Source of the DNA: Lama glama
Taxonomy: Eukaryota
Assembly: GCA_028534125.1 (NCBI GenBank)
Contig: CM052817.1
Location: forward strand, 36,830,001-36,894,000
Direction: 5' to 3'
DNA length: 64,000 bases
The position numbers and the translations under genes were made by a program. The notes under the pieces were generated by a model. It searched no databases, was not told the DNA's origin, and saw only the letters and a program-made list of their open reading frames with translations. Below, piece after piece: positions 1 to 12,446 of the stretch (the first letter of the stretch is position 1; each line of letters begins with the position of its first letter).

Positions 1-442
1 GCGTGGCCTGAGACTGGAGGGTGGAAGGAGAGAGAAGCCCAGGTTCGTCCTTCCCTGCTCTCTCGATTGGGGGCTGCATCTCTAGAACCAGATGCATCTC
101 CTCTGTGGTCCCACCTCCTGCGGGGCCCCTCCCCCAACCCAGGGCACTGGGAACATCACCTCCTTCTTTGTTCCCATCACCCAAGGGATGGGAGCAGTTT
201 AAATATCTGGGTTGCTTCACCACCCCTGATTTGTTCTTTCTGTTTGTCCTGTACTTTACAACTATTCTGCAAGTAAAATCCCTCTGCTAAACTCCCTATC
301 ATGAATTTTGGGTTTTTTGTTTGTTTGTTTGTTTTTTATTTTTTTAACCAGAGGTACTGGGGATTGAACCCAGGACCTCGTGCATACTAAGAATGCACTC
401 TACCACTGAGCTATACCCTCCCCCCTTGTTTTCCTGACTGAT
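1..442 (+). mobile_element. Old ERVL-type LTR fragment (LTR33-like), interrupted by a SINE
   Basis: ...gtaaaatccctctgctaaac...ttttcctgactgata resembles the LTR33 3' end. Confidence 0.4.
305..425 (-). mobile_element. tRNA-derived SINE (camelid Vic-1-like)
   Basis: Reverse complement GGGGAGGGTATAGCTCAGTGGTAGAGTGCATTCTTAGTATGCACGAGGTCCTGGGTTCAATCCCC with A and B boxes and an A-rich tail. Confidence 0.9.
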
Positions 443-2028
443 AAAAAAAATCGTCTTAGAAATAAACTCAAAACTTTAATAAAAGCACCCTTTTGGCTGG
501 GCTTCCAGGCAGATTTGCCTAACATTCCATTCGATTCTAGAAAACAAAATAGCTTGTCAAGAACACCTTATATTTATAAAGCACATTACAGTTTGTAAAC
601 TGCTTTCGTATACATAGTCTCATCTGATTCCCGCAATAACCCCTGTGAGATGGGCAGTGGAAGAAGCAAAACTACCTACACTTAAGTATCTTTCTGAATT
701 AATTCTTATTTTGTGGTTGGCTTTATTCCTTTGATAACTATGTAAGTTTAAAAAGCTAAAGTTCTCAATGTTCTTAGAAACAATGAACAGCACATAGATG
801 TAAACTTAAAAAATATGTGCAGCATATTGTGCATATATATTTACAAGCAATATATTGTATATGTGCAGTCAAATTGTAACAATTCTACCTAATAAAACTG
901 AAAAAAGAAAAGAAAAAAAATTTTTTTTGTATTCAGAAAAAAATTACCTATACTTATACGGCTGGCAGTAGCTTTAATAGAAGTAAAGGAGATATTTTAA
1001 CCTAAATCCTCTGCCTCAAAGTCCCAGATTAAAAAAATACATTTTTAAATGCCCTGCTATATGAAAAACAAGTTAATAGTGAGAGGAAATGCTCCTGAAG
1101 TTTACATTAAGTACCTTCAAGGCATATTTTTTGTTGCAAATTATTTACTGTGTTTAATAAACACGCCAGTGCAAATGTGCTAAACACGTAAGTATAGCAA
1201 AGGTGTAATCACTAGGTTCAATGCCAAGCACTATTTAAATCCACTGATTAAATCTATTTGATGATAGTAAACCTGTTTTTGTTTTGTTTTGTTTAAGAAT
1301 GAAACACTGGTTCCAGAAATTTTAATCGGTGGTAAAGTTTTATAAATATACAAATATTTAAACATAGTTTTGTGTGATACATTTCAAGTCTTCTCTTACA
1401 GTTTTTCATTTATTTCTTTGCTTTTGCTTTATAACAGGTCTCTTTGACAAAAGATGTTTTGAAAGATTGTATTTTATAGAATGTGAGACATGAAATGAAC
1501 TATAAACCATTAAGCTTTCCATTACTTCCACTATAAAAAAATCCAGAATTTTACCTAACATCAAGAAACCAAGAAAATGACTGCTTTTTTCCGATTTTAC
1601 AACATTTTTTCCCTAAGGGCACATTTTATAATTCTCTCCTTTGCTGTCTCTCTGCTTGTGTTAGTTCTTACATGATCTTGCGCATATAAATTTAGATCAT
1701 TGCGTCATTCCTCAAAAATATCAAAACAGTTAAAATAGTTCTGGAAATGGGGCTACAGGAAAGAGAAAACGTAAAATTAAGATGGGTAGATATTAAGCAA
1801 AAAAAAAAAAAAGAAATGCCAGTTTGAGGTATTCAGTATCTTCTTACAGAACACACACACAGAGGAGGTACAGAGTACTTTACTGTAGTTCACGATAATA
1901 AATCATGAACTTACAACAAAGTAACTTACAACAAAGTCTTTATAGTCTAATTGCATGTTGATGAATATTAATTGAATTGCATGGCCCAACAATCATCTTT
2001 TATTTTCTTCCACTTAAAATTTTGTTTT

Positions 2029-2223
2029 TGAAGGAAACCAAGATGTCACCTTCAAATAGACCTTTTTGACATAAAAATTATTTTGAGCTGAAGGCAGTTG
2101 AGAGGTAGGTAAAATTTGTAATAAAACTTTTATGCTCTTCTCCTATTAATGTCTTTGTTAGTTAATTTTCAAACCCAGCTAGGGACCCACAGAGGGTTGA
2201 GGAAAACTTCTTCCTCTCCTACA
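2029..2223 (+). mobile_element. Internally deleted MER34-like ERV1 LTR
   Basis: TGAAGGAAACC...ttattttgagctgaaggca joined directly to aataaa...ttcctctcctACA termini. Confidence 0.65.
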
Positions 2224-3678
2224 GTTTGAATTTGGATTATAATTCCAAAACATATGTAAGTGACTCAGTATATCGATCATTTCTGATACCACCAATCTAC
2301 TATTAAATAATACAGATAATTGCTCAAATAGAATCTATATCTGGAAGAAAACATATTTAGCCATTCATAATTCCAAATTTGTCTCTGTGTCCTTGCTGAA
2401 TCTTTTTCATCTGAAATCTGCACACCGCCCCCCGCCCCCAACCACTTGGTGGTTCTCCTGCCCATGAACGTGGCCCTGAAATGGAGACTGTATTGTTTCC
2501 CTCGGGAGAAGAAGGCTGGCACCCTCTCTTGACCAGTGGTCACCGGATTGATGTTGACATAGCACGTTTACTGGAAATGGTCGGAGAATGCCACTCCAGC
2601 TGTTCTTTGGGACATGTGGCTCAAAATAGACTCATCTTCAGATGGTGGGATTGAGCTAGGTCAGCAGGACCACTCCATCCTCATCCTGCCTAAGCACATG
2701 CCTCTGTGGCCCTGAGTGAGCCAGGTCAGTTGTGTGCTTTGGGATCTGTGCAGCGGTAGATGTCTGTTTTAAGCCGTGCTGAGAGGGGACACACTTTCTT
2801 AACCAGCTGTCCTCACTGGTTGGCCTGGTTCATGCTTGTCAGCAGGCTCCCCAGCTGGTTACCCACTCGCTTAAGACCTGTCTGTAAGTTATTCTGACAA
2901 CAGCATCACCACGTGTGCCCACGGCTCTCCAGCTGAAAAAGTTACTCTGAGAAGTTAGGATGTTTTCCAGACATTATCTAATTAGCACTGTGTCTCCTTT
3001 GCAGAAAATATCTGTAACATTCAGCACTTTCACAAGATAAGTTAGTCACATCCTGAGTACTCATCTGGGTGAGTCAGAGGGAAGAAGAGGCACAAACGGA
3101 AATTGGAGCTTGATGTGAGCTAAGCTTAGGGGGGCAGCGTCTCATCCTTAGCTTCGTGGGTGAAGAGACGATCACCAGCGGGATCTCACAGTGCTGGGAG
3201 TGTTGCAAGAATTACAGAGAAGTTCGTGTCCCTTTATGTTCTCATGTGGCTATAAAATCTAGTTGCTTAGCTATAGAAAATTCATGTCCAGTTCTTTCAG
3301 TTTTTAGTGAACTATTGAAAGGTTCTTTTGACGTGTTGTAATTTGGGTATCTTAGCATTTACTCATTAGCATTAACTGACTGAAACACTGTTGTTTTCTC
3401 AGAAATAGTCTTTCTGCTGTTTCTTTCAAGGTCAATGTGCGGACATCTCGTACTCCTTGTCACATGTTTGTTGAGGGCCCCCTTGGTGACAGACATTTCA
3501 TGTCAAGTGTTGGGTGCTCCCCCTTAGTTTTGTACTTTATTGAAACTGAACTAGGTAAGTGCTATGAATTTAAAAAGACATTGCTTAAAAGAAAAATAGA
3601 TAAAGATAGCCAAAGATTAAAAAAAAAAAAAGATAGCCCAAGATTATATGATGCATAACTGAATTCGTAAATGCTTAC

Positions 3679-3732
3679 TGGTGCTGCCCGGGTCAGACTG
3701 AAAAGGAGCAGTCCCAAACAGACAATTCGCAT
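3679..3732 (-). CDS. MEPE: MEPE exon 2 coding part (signal peptide), MRIVCLGLLLFSLTRAAP; whole exon 3679-3744; gene continues left of the window
   Basis: ttttacag|AGATTCTCAAAG ATG CGA...GCA CCA|gtaag; 54 coding nt, phase 0; close to human MRVFCVGLLLFSVTWAAP; expected position downstream of IBSP. Too short for the ORF track. Confidence 0.95.
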
Positions 3733-4274
3733 CTTTGAGAATCTCTGTAAAAAGACAGTGACATTTCACCCTAAAGCATTGCCAAGTATGAGCTGCAGCT
3801 GTAAGAATAAATAAAACACAAAATTCTATACACGCATCCTTCCCCTTAGCAGTCTGTCTCCTTTTGTTTAAAAAAAAAAAAACTATGTATAATTTATATC
3901 CAAGTGTATGTCTAATAATTCCAATGAAAATGAAATTGTCCAGTATTATTAAAACAATGATATCAGTTGATAGAACTGGATTTTATAGACATATTTTTTG
4001 GCTCTGTTATAAGCCCCAACTTTTCCCTTGTGTCTTCAGAGAGAGATTGTTTAATTGAATTATTTATATAATTCAGAATAATATTAAGTTAGTATAGAAA
4101 CTAGTAACATACTTTAAATGAACCAGCCAGAGTAGCAGGCTCTACTTCGAGGAATGGTATCTTGTCCGGTACCGTCCTGGGGCCCCAACATATATGCCCC
4201 TCTTCATTAACAGTGTACAAGAGGTAGGAACTACCTGTGGCCTGCGGACCAAATCAATTCATGGAATACTTTTA

Positions 4275-4520
4275 TTAACAGCTAACATTTACTGAAAATT
4301 ACAGTGAGCCAGGCACTGTTCTAAAAATTGGACATGTACTCAGTTCACTGAGCCTTACAATAACCCTATGAAGTTAGGCGGCATTACTATTGCTGTTTTA
4401 TAGATTAGGACACAGACACAGAAAATCAAATAACCTGTCCCAGAATTCCCAGGTATTAAGGGGCAGAACCGAGATTAGTATCCAGACAATGCAGCTCTAG
4501 AGACAGACTCCATGCCACCT
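4275..4520 (-). mobile_element. MIR SINE in MEPE intron 1
   Basis: gctaacatttactg...ccaggcactgttcta...acaataaccctatga...ttttatagat MIR core. Confidence 0.7.
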
Positions 4521-5072
4521 TGAGTCAGTTTCTCTTCTTTCACCTTATTACAGAAAAATCTGCACGTCGCTGATTTAAAGGCAAATCATATTATTGTATT
4601 GGGCTCGACAAAATGATATTTAAAACATTAACATTTAGTTATGGATAAAGATACATGTTTATAAAGGTACATGTTTGCTAAATACACTAAGAGCTAGTGA
4701 GGTCATTTAAGTCAAGTAGCCATTAGATTTAAAAAAAAAAAAGCCAACATAATCTTGGATCACTAATTTCTTGGTTTTGATATTAAGTACTTTATTAACT
4801 ACCACTCAGATCTTGATAATGTTGTTGGTCAAATCAAAGAGAAAGCTGCTAGCAAGCCACCAATTTTAGTTGAGCATTTATAGAGCTTGGTAACACATTC
4901 TCTTCTAATAAAACAAAACACGAAGTATTACACAGTTATGCTCAGTAGGTAATACTTTGAATTTGAATTTATTTTCAAAAGCAATAGCCCTACCCGGATG
5001 GCATGCATCTCAAAAATGTAAACTATGTTATAAAGCTATTTGCTATCAAGAACATCAAGAGAGCCAAATTAC

Positions 5073-5151
5073 CTGGGATCTTTGACCTTCGGAATACCTG
5101 GCTGCTTCTGCAGGATTGGCACTCTCTGGGCATTTTGCTGAAATTTAAAGT
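5073..5151 (-). other. MEPE: MEPE exon 1 (non-coding); start approximate
   Basis: ACTTTAAATTTCAGCAAAATGCCCAGAGA...GCCAGGTATTCCGAAGGTCAAAGATCCCAG|gtaatt resembles the MEPE 5'UTR; canonical donor at 5072-5071. Confidence 0.88.
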
Positions 5152-5290
5152 TTCTTAGAGCTCCCAATGGCCAATCAGCATTGGCTCACTTAGCACTAGC
5201 AAACAATTTGTTACCAGTGCCCACAGATAACCATAGGGGGCAAAGTAATTTTAATCTAAAAATGTTTTTGTGGTGGCAAGCTGCTATCAA
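5152..5290 (-). promoter_or_regulatory. MEPE: MEPE proximal promoter
   Basis: CCAAT at 5164-5168 and 5171-5175, ATTGG at 5180-5184, RUNX-type TGTGGT at 5269-5274. Confidence 0.7.
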
Positions 5291-5489
5291 ATGTTCCAGA
5301 AAGTGGGATAAACAGAAAATATAAATACCTCAGCTTGGTGGATCATGTTGTCAAATAATTAAAATTGATTTCAGAACTATTAATTAAGACTGGCTGAGTA
5401 ACTCTCAAGTTTATAAATAGAAAACACTTCAGCTAGTCTTTCGTGTAGAAAGTTTATCATTTCAATTCTGCCAGGATGAAATTCAGCCA

Positions 5490-6370
5490 CATTTAACAAA
5501 AATGTGTTGAGTGCCTATTATGTGACAGGCATTAGGGAAACAGCAGTGAACAAACCTGACAGGAAAAAAAAATCCATCTTTATAGAGCTTATAATGTGGT
5601 GGGGAGACAGACAATAAACAAATTAAATAAGTAAAATACGCTATGTTACATAGTGACACAGACTAAGAAGAAAACGTATTGCAGGGAGGGGACAATAAGG
5701 AGGACTGGGTGTGGGGACACTGGGTTGAAATTTTGGACAGGGAGTCCCAGGAAGGCCTTGTTGAGAGCGTGAATTTTGAGTAAAGCCCTGTAGACATATG
5801 ACTTTCTAGGGGAAAAGCATTGTAGGGAGAAGGAAGAGAAAGAGAAAATGTCTGGGGACAAGAGTCTGCTGGCTTGTTCCAGAGATGGAGAAGAGGTCAA
5901 TTTGGCTGGATGGCCTGAGGAAGGGGAATGGTAGGAAATGAGGTAAAAAAGCCACGTGATGGCAGATGGTGTAGTGCCCATGGGTTGTCACAAGGCTCCG
6001 GACTTCACCCCGAGTGAGAAGGAAGCCTTTGAAGGTCTTGGGCAAAGGGGGAAACTGAAGAAGGGGCTGAGCAGGAAAAGGCAGAGATGGGCTAGGAAGC
6101 TCTTAAGGTTAACTGGATGAAGAGATGGTTAGGACTGGAACCAGAAGGGATGGTGAGAAGTGGTCATGTTCTGAATATATTTTGAAAGCAAAGCCAATAG
6201 GATTGGCTGATGCACCAGTGTGGCTGTGAGAGAAAATCAAGAATCGAGGATGGCACCAACATTTTCAGCTTGAGCAACTGGAAGAACGAAGTCGCCCTTT
6301 GGTATTGTCATGGGGGAAACTGCAGAGGTGGTTCGGGGGAAATACTGAGAGTTTGGGTCTGTAGTGAATG
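5490..6370 (-). mobile_element. L2 LINE 3' fragment
   Basis: atttaacaaaaatgtgttgagtgcctattatgtgacaggca...gtggggagacagacaataaacaa resembles the L2a end. Confidence 0.7.
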
Positions 6371-6964
6371 TTACAAAACTGTCAGTTTAGGACGCTGATG
6401 CTCTCAATGAAATGAATAGCACACCCATATTGGAATAAGCTTCTCTAGGCCAGTTGTTTCGCCCAGTCTTGCTGCCAAAATCATGACTTCACTGGGTCAG
6501 GAGGTTCCATTCAGCTAAGATATTATACTACCTGGAGGGGTGATTTACATTAGAACTTTATGTGGAACATCAAGAAAAGATGATGTAAGAATTATTTTAC
6601 CCATACCAAGAGATAATTACCTACAGTGAAACACAATTTTAAGAGACTATAAATAGGTTTAAATGTAAACTCCCAATGTCTCTTAACTTTCAAAGCAGAC
6701 AAAAGCCAAACTAAAACAAACAAAACAGCCTTTGGACAGCTTTAGCTGAGAGAATGGTTTCTTTTCTAGTTCAGGCTGAATCCTTATTTTTTTTGCTTTA
6801 TTTAAATTCTGCAGATCCTCTTCTGAGTGTCTGGGGCTGGTTCTTAAAAAAACACTTGCCAGGATTACAATTTTAGCTGTTGGGCTGGCGCCACTGCTGA
6901 TTCACAACCATTCAACCATGGATTTTGGAGTATTTGAACGTTGTCATTGACCGTGGTGACATTT

Positions 6965-7355
6965 AACTCTGGTAGCTCTGGAATCAATAGACCTGGGTTA
7001 AAATACTGACTCTGCTTCTTGTTTGCTGTGGTCAGTCGCTTATGCATCTAAATTGAGCTTCTCTGATCCTCAGTTTCTGCATTTGAAAATGGGAGCACAA
7101 TAGTAAGCTAAGCTTTCATTGAGCGATGACTGTAATCCAAGTATCAGTCTAAGTGTGGCACATTGACTTATTCATGTTTACAAAAGCTCTATGTTGTAGG
7201 TACTGTTATTATCACCCTGAATTTAGTGATGAGACATAAAGCAGTTAAGTGACCTGCTTAAGGTCTTATGTGTAGCTAGTATAAAAAGCCAAAATTTATA
7301 ATTAGGCAATCTGATTCTGACGTGCGGTATGAAAACCACTTCACTATACTGTCTC
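6965..7355. mobile_element. Two adjacent MIR fragments in opposite orientation
   Basis: ctctggaatcaatagacctgggtt...cctcagtttc (+), followed by gttaagtgacctgcttaaggtc (-). Confidence 0.55.
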
Positions 7356-7387
7356 AGAAAGCCCGCATAAACATTAAATCAACAGAT

Positions 7388-7747
7388 TTCTTTTTAATAA
7401 AAGGAATGTCTTTATTTTTTATTTTTCATTTTTTTAGTTACTATAGTTTTATTGTATCTTTTAAACATTTTTAATTGAGTTATAGTCATTTTACAATGTT
7501 GTGTCAAATTCCAGTGTAGAGCACAATTTCTCGGTTATAACATGAACACACATATATTCGTTGTCACATTTGTTTTTCGCTGTGAGCTACCACAAGATCT
7601 TGTATCTATTTCCCTGTACTATACAGTATTATCTTGTTTATCTATACTGCATATTCCTGTCAGTATCTTCTAATTTTGAAATCCCAGTCTGTTCCTTCCC
7701 TCCCCCCGCCCCCTTGGCAACAAATTTGTATTCTATGTCTATGAATC
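7388..7747 (-). mobile_element. Young lineage-specific L1 3' end (camelid-type) with TSD
   Basis: ttgagttatagtcattttacaatgttgtgtcaaattccagtgtagagcaca...; TSD ttaaatcaacagat (7374-7387) / ttaaattaacagat (7748-7761). Confidence 0.8.
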
Positions 7748-7910
7748 TTAAATTAACAGATGTTTACATTTAGCCCAGTTCCTATTTCTAAATTAAATAA
7801 TAAATACATAATAACTACCCATCCCATCCATTCTTCCCATCATTAAATAATAATGTGGTATTCAGATGACATCTTTTTGTATCTCCTTTCTTTATTTTCC
7901 TACCATGCCT

Positions 7911-8230
7911 TTTTTGTTGAAGTATAGTTGATTTACAATGTTGTGTTAGTTTCAGGTGTACAGCAAAGTGATTTAGTTTTTATATACACATAGATGTATA
8001 TATATTCTTTTGCAGATTCTTTTCCATTAAAGGTTATTAAAGATATTGAATAGAGCTCCCTGTGCTATACAGTAGGTCCTTGTTTATCTATTTTATACCT
8101 AGTAGCGTGTATCCGCTAATCCGAAACTTCCAATTTATCTCTTACCTCCTTCCCCCTTTGGTAACCATAAGTTTGTTTTCTATGTCTGGGAGTCCGTTTC
8201 TGTTTTGTAAATAAGTTCATTCGTATCATT
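7911..8230 (-). mobile_element. L1 3' end (cetartiodactyl/laurasiatherian type)
   Basis: ttgaagtatagttgatttacaatgttgtgttagtttcaggtgtacagcaaagtgat...ggtaaccataagtttgttttctatgtc; flanking ccatgcctt/ccatgtctt. Confidence 0.85.
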
Positions 8231-10909
8231 CCATGTCTTCTTTTACAACTCATTTGATGAGGGGGAAGAAAAGCAATGAAGTAAAGAAAGAAATAGCAGA
8301 GTTGAAGCTTAAGAGCATACAATAGGTGATTTCTCCAGACATCACAAAAATTGATGATCAGAATTTCAGCAAAACGTAAAGGATTTGGCTGACGTAGAAA
8401 GAGGCTAACACAGAAGTGGAAGTAAAGGAAAGGCGAGGACAAGCAGCGGTGGTCAGTCAATTGTAAGACTGAACAGAAACATACGGCTATATAAGCAACA
8501 GATGGATGTGAATTCCACAGAATGCTCGTTCCAATATTCTATTAAAGCAATAAAGCAATGAGTTATTCAGGAATTTCTATTACCATTAGAAATTTTGCAG
8601 TGTTTTAAAGTTTTTCACTGTTCCCTAATATTAACTTTGTACTTTTGAATGATCCAAGTAGGAGTAAGCACTTGGCATGTGCCTCGTATGTGGGGCAGCC
8701 TTAGAAAATGTGGGGGTTCTTTTCATTACTACTGTATAGTTCCAGATATTTCTCAAATGTGCTTTTTCTTTGTTTTTCCTTCTTTCCAAAGAATTTTACT
8801 GTGTAAGAGATTTCTCCTTCATTTAAGTGATGGGAAAGTATTTGATTCTATCTAGGTGAAACTGTGTTCTGTGAGAGAAAATTCATAGAATATTAAGAGA
8901 AAAATTGACCTAGCAGGCGGTCCTCCCAAAGAATAAACTGGCAGCAGCTAAATCTACATGCTCCCAAAGCTAAAATGAATTCAAAGCTCAAAAAGTAAAA
9001 ATGCAACTTGAACCTTAAATTTAGAACCTACAATTGACTAAAGTGAAAAAAAAAAAAAAAGAAAAAAAAAGAGACTATTCTGGCTGAACGTTTGTGGAGA
9101 AGAAACAGTGGAGAAAAAAAAACAGAGAACAATCATTTGCTGAAGTCCTGTGAAGTAGAGGTGCTACCTCTCCCCTCTTAAAACTTGCCCCCTCGGTTGA
9201 ACTTAAGCTACAAAAATTCGACATAAGTTTCCCAAATGTTTTTGTAGAGTAACTTTTTCTTAGGAACCAATGACCAAAGATAAAGACCAGGGTTCTGTAA
9301 AAAAAAAAAGGTTATTTGTCCTCACACTGCTTCCATTTATTTGGAAAACAGAACAAGATAACACATAACTAGGAAGCAACAGAGAAGAGCAGGAAAAGGA
9401 TCCTTGAACTTTCCTCTGGTTCTTGGTTCGTGGTTCAAGAGCAGGCGTCGCCGCCGATGGTGCACCGGCCTGCTTTCCTGGGCCAGGCTCACACACTGAG
9501 TTGCTCCTCAAAGAGAGTTTTAGAGGAAAAGAGCCCACGAAACGTGTTTTGTTTTGTGCTGGCTTTTTCATGTCTTACCGTTCACTTGTTTGCGAACAAT
9601 CATATAAAATACTAGCTCACTGGGGTCCTATACCGTCAGCCGAGCTATGGGACCCTCATCCAAGAGTAAGGGTTTGTGTTTTTGTTTTGTCTTGTTTTGT
9701 TTTCCTGTCGATTTCTGGAACCTCCCAGCCACCTTCTCTGTACTTGTGCTCTAGGTCCACTTGTTCTGATACACATCTTTAAAACCTCAGATTGTAGGAA
9801 TACTTTTTTTCCTCCAGGATCTTGTTCCCCAATCTATTCTTAACAGTATTCGGTGACACATTTCTCTGTATTATCCTAGGCAGTTAGAGATAAACATATA
9901 TTATGTATATATTTCCATACATTCTGGCTACCTGAAATAACTCTCTATTTTTCAATTTATACACAAAATGAATAAACACGGTTTTCCTCCTGAGTCAGTG
10001 TTGTGAATGGAAAAGAGGAGGGGCCCTTGTTGGGCAATCTCCTCGTTACCATATGGGCTCCTAAAGATTTGTCAAGGCTTAGGCATTTTGTAGAAGCATT
10101 TACTCCCTACTGGTCTCCAGGAGAGGGTCTCCAATGGGTGTGCTCAAAGTCTTGCCCTGTTTTTAGCAGGAGAAAATGTTTCCATTTTAAATATGTTCAT
10201 CCATGACTATCAGTATTCACCCTAAGATGAAAAAAGGTCACTTTTAAAAACGTCACTCATAACCAACTTTTTCATCTACCCCCAAATTATTTTTATTTTT
10301 AGGGTTTTTTTTCTCTTATGTTTGGGAATTTCAACAGAAGTACCTAAAAATTTCAGCCAGATACGGAACCACGAAGGGTCACAGAACAACATGGAACTAG
10401 CTGTGTTCATCTCTCTAGGCTCTTTGTTTACCCACTCAGCTATTACTAGCAAAGAGAAGACATGTCAGTATAATTTACTTTTATTTTTATATTAGAAAGA
10501 TTTCTTACTACACCTTAAAATGTAATTCAGAGGCTATAGTTAAAATGTAATTATAATGATACCAGCCCTTTCCTCCAGGAAGTGGTGACATTGCTGGAAT
10601 TTGCTGTAAAACATTGTTGTGTGAGGGGAAAATAATCTCTCATTCCAAACAGTGTTTTTCAGCAGTTGCGTTTTGTTTTGCAGGACCAAGCATCCTCTTA
10701 AGAGACAGAACATGGCAACATATACCAGCTAGTTGTTCACTGTACTGGACACATACAATTTTTTTAACCTAATTGGGGCATATCTAGTCTCCTCAGTTTG
10801 TAGTTTTGAACTCGTTTTTGTCTGCATTGTTATTATTTTATTTGGGTTCTTCTCACATGACTTTCTGAATTCTCACGAACCCAGATTCTCTCTCTGCTTG
10901 TCAGTTCCT

Positions 10910-11510
10910 GTTCCAGTTGTCTATTGCTGTGTAACAAACTACCTCCAAACTTAGTGGCTTAAAGCACCAGTTGATTATTTTCTCTCCAGGTTCTGTAGGG
11001 TGACTTGGCTCAGCTGTCAGGTCCTCGCTTAGGGTCGATCATGTGGGACATTTAGACGGAGCAGGTGCAGGGATGATCTGAATACCTGGTTGGGCTGCAC
11101 ATCCAAGATGGTGCTCTGGTGTTTTCCCACATGACTTCTCTCCCCAGCAGAACAGACCGGACGTCTCATATGCTGGCTCAGGACTTAAAATACTCAGTGG
11201 GTCAAAAATTCATTAACTGGATCTGTGGGTCTAATAATAAAAGTTCCCAATGCAAATTACATTCTGTTATGTTCTGTTCTTCCTTTGGAGGCCTCCCCTT
11301 TCCTGAAACTCTCCTGGGTCTCAAGAGCAGAAAGCAGACGTGTACTAAGCTTGGAATGGTTGGAGTCGTCATATTAGTCAAAGCAGACAGATCCCAAGCA
11401 GGGCAGATACAGGCTCCACACCTTGGGGGAGAAGTGGCAATGTCACATTGCAGAAGAGCTTGTGGAAGGGGAGATAGAGTTGGAGCCATCTTTGGAGAAT
11501 ACAGTGTGCT
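10910..11510 (-). mobile_element. MaLR LTR (MLT1 family)
   Basis: ctattgctgtgtaacaaactacctccaaacttagtggcttaaa...atgtcacattgcagaagagc. Confidence 0.7.
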
Positions 11511-11582
11511 TGGGTTAGTCCCTGATAGCAATGTAGGTACTGAAAATTCACTAAAAATTACTCTTAACATGATTGGTGTCCT

Positions 11583-12065
11583 TATATTAGTCTGTCTCTC
11601 TCCAGAGACACAGAACTGATAAGTTGTACAGATAGGAAGAGATTTACTATGAGGAATTGGCTCACATGATTCTGAGGGCTGATAAGCCCCATCATCTACC
11701 ATCTGCAAGCTGGAGACCCAGGAGAGCCAGAGGTATAAACCTGATCTGAATCACAGGGCCTGAGGGCCAGCGGAGCAGCTGGTGCAAATCCCAGCCCAAG
11801 GGCAGAAGACAGATGTCCCCGTTTAAGCAGCCAGGCAGGAAGCAAAAGAGGTGAAATGTCTCCTTCCTCTGCCTTTTTGTTCTTTGCAGGCCCTCAGTGG
11901 ACTGGATGATGCCCACCCACACTGGGCAGGACAACCTACTTTCCTGAATCCACTGATTGAAATGCTAATCTCATCCAGGAGACCGCTAACAGACACGCCC
12001 GGAAGTAAAAGTGTTTAATTTGGGCACCTGTGGCCCAGCCAAGACACATGAAATTAACCACCACA
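11583..12065 (-). mobile_element. ERVL solo LTR (MLT2 family)
   Basis: tctccagagacacagaac...gaggaattggctcacatgatt...ctgcaagctggagaccca...aaattaaccaccaca. Confidence 0.85.
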
Positions 12066-12446
12066 GCGCCGGATCGGGTTTATGTTGTGCTGTTGCTTTT
12101 GCATAACTGTCCTCGAATCGAGACCCAGCCTTCCCTCCAGTGGCTACGGGGCGCATCCCTGACAGTCTCTGACAGATTTCAAAAGATAATTAAGGTAATG
12201 AAAATATTACCTTTAAAGATTATTTATTAAAGATAAATAACATTCTTGATCTGTTTAGGTCCAGGACCTGTCAGAAGCATTTTATTAAGCAGCTGCAGGA
12301 AGGAGATAATTCCCACATTGCTGTTTCAAATACCAGAAATTTTGCTGAATCTGTGGCGAGTTCACTGATAGTTTGTTTATATCCTAAGTCATTCACAAAA
12401 ATTAATCAGTTCTTTATGGTTATGGCTTTTTACAATCATCTAAAAT

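Noticed and set aside
351..425. tRNA-like sequences here and at 33.6, 34.6, 49.0 and 60.6 kb
   Set aside because: Diverged copies with A-rich tails and TSDs: SINEs, not tRNA genes.
700..730. tgtggttg as a possible MEPE exon 3
   Set aside because: No TFQPQTEK-like frame or splice sites; exon 3 is presumably left of the window.
1908..1937. 15-bp tandem duplication (aacttacaacaaagt x2); similar duplication at ~26388-26424
   Set aside because: Ordinary intronic slippage duplications.
11119..11934. ORFs of 166, 168 and 80 aa
   Set aside because: They lie across MLT1/MLT2 LTR sequence and show no protein-like signature.
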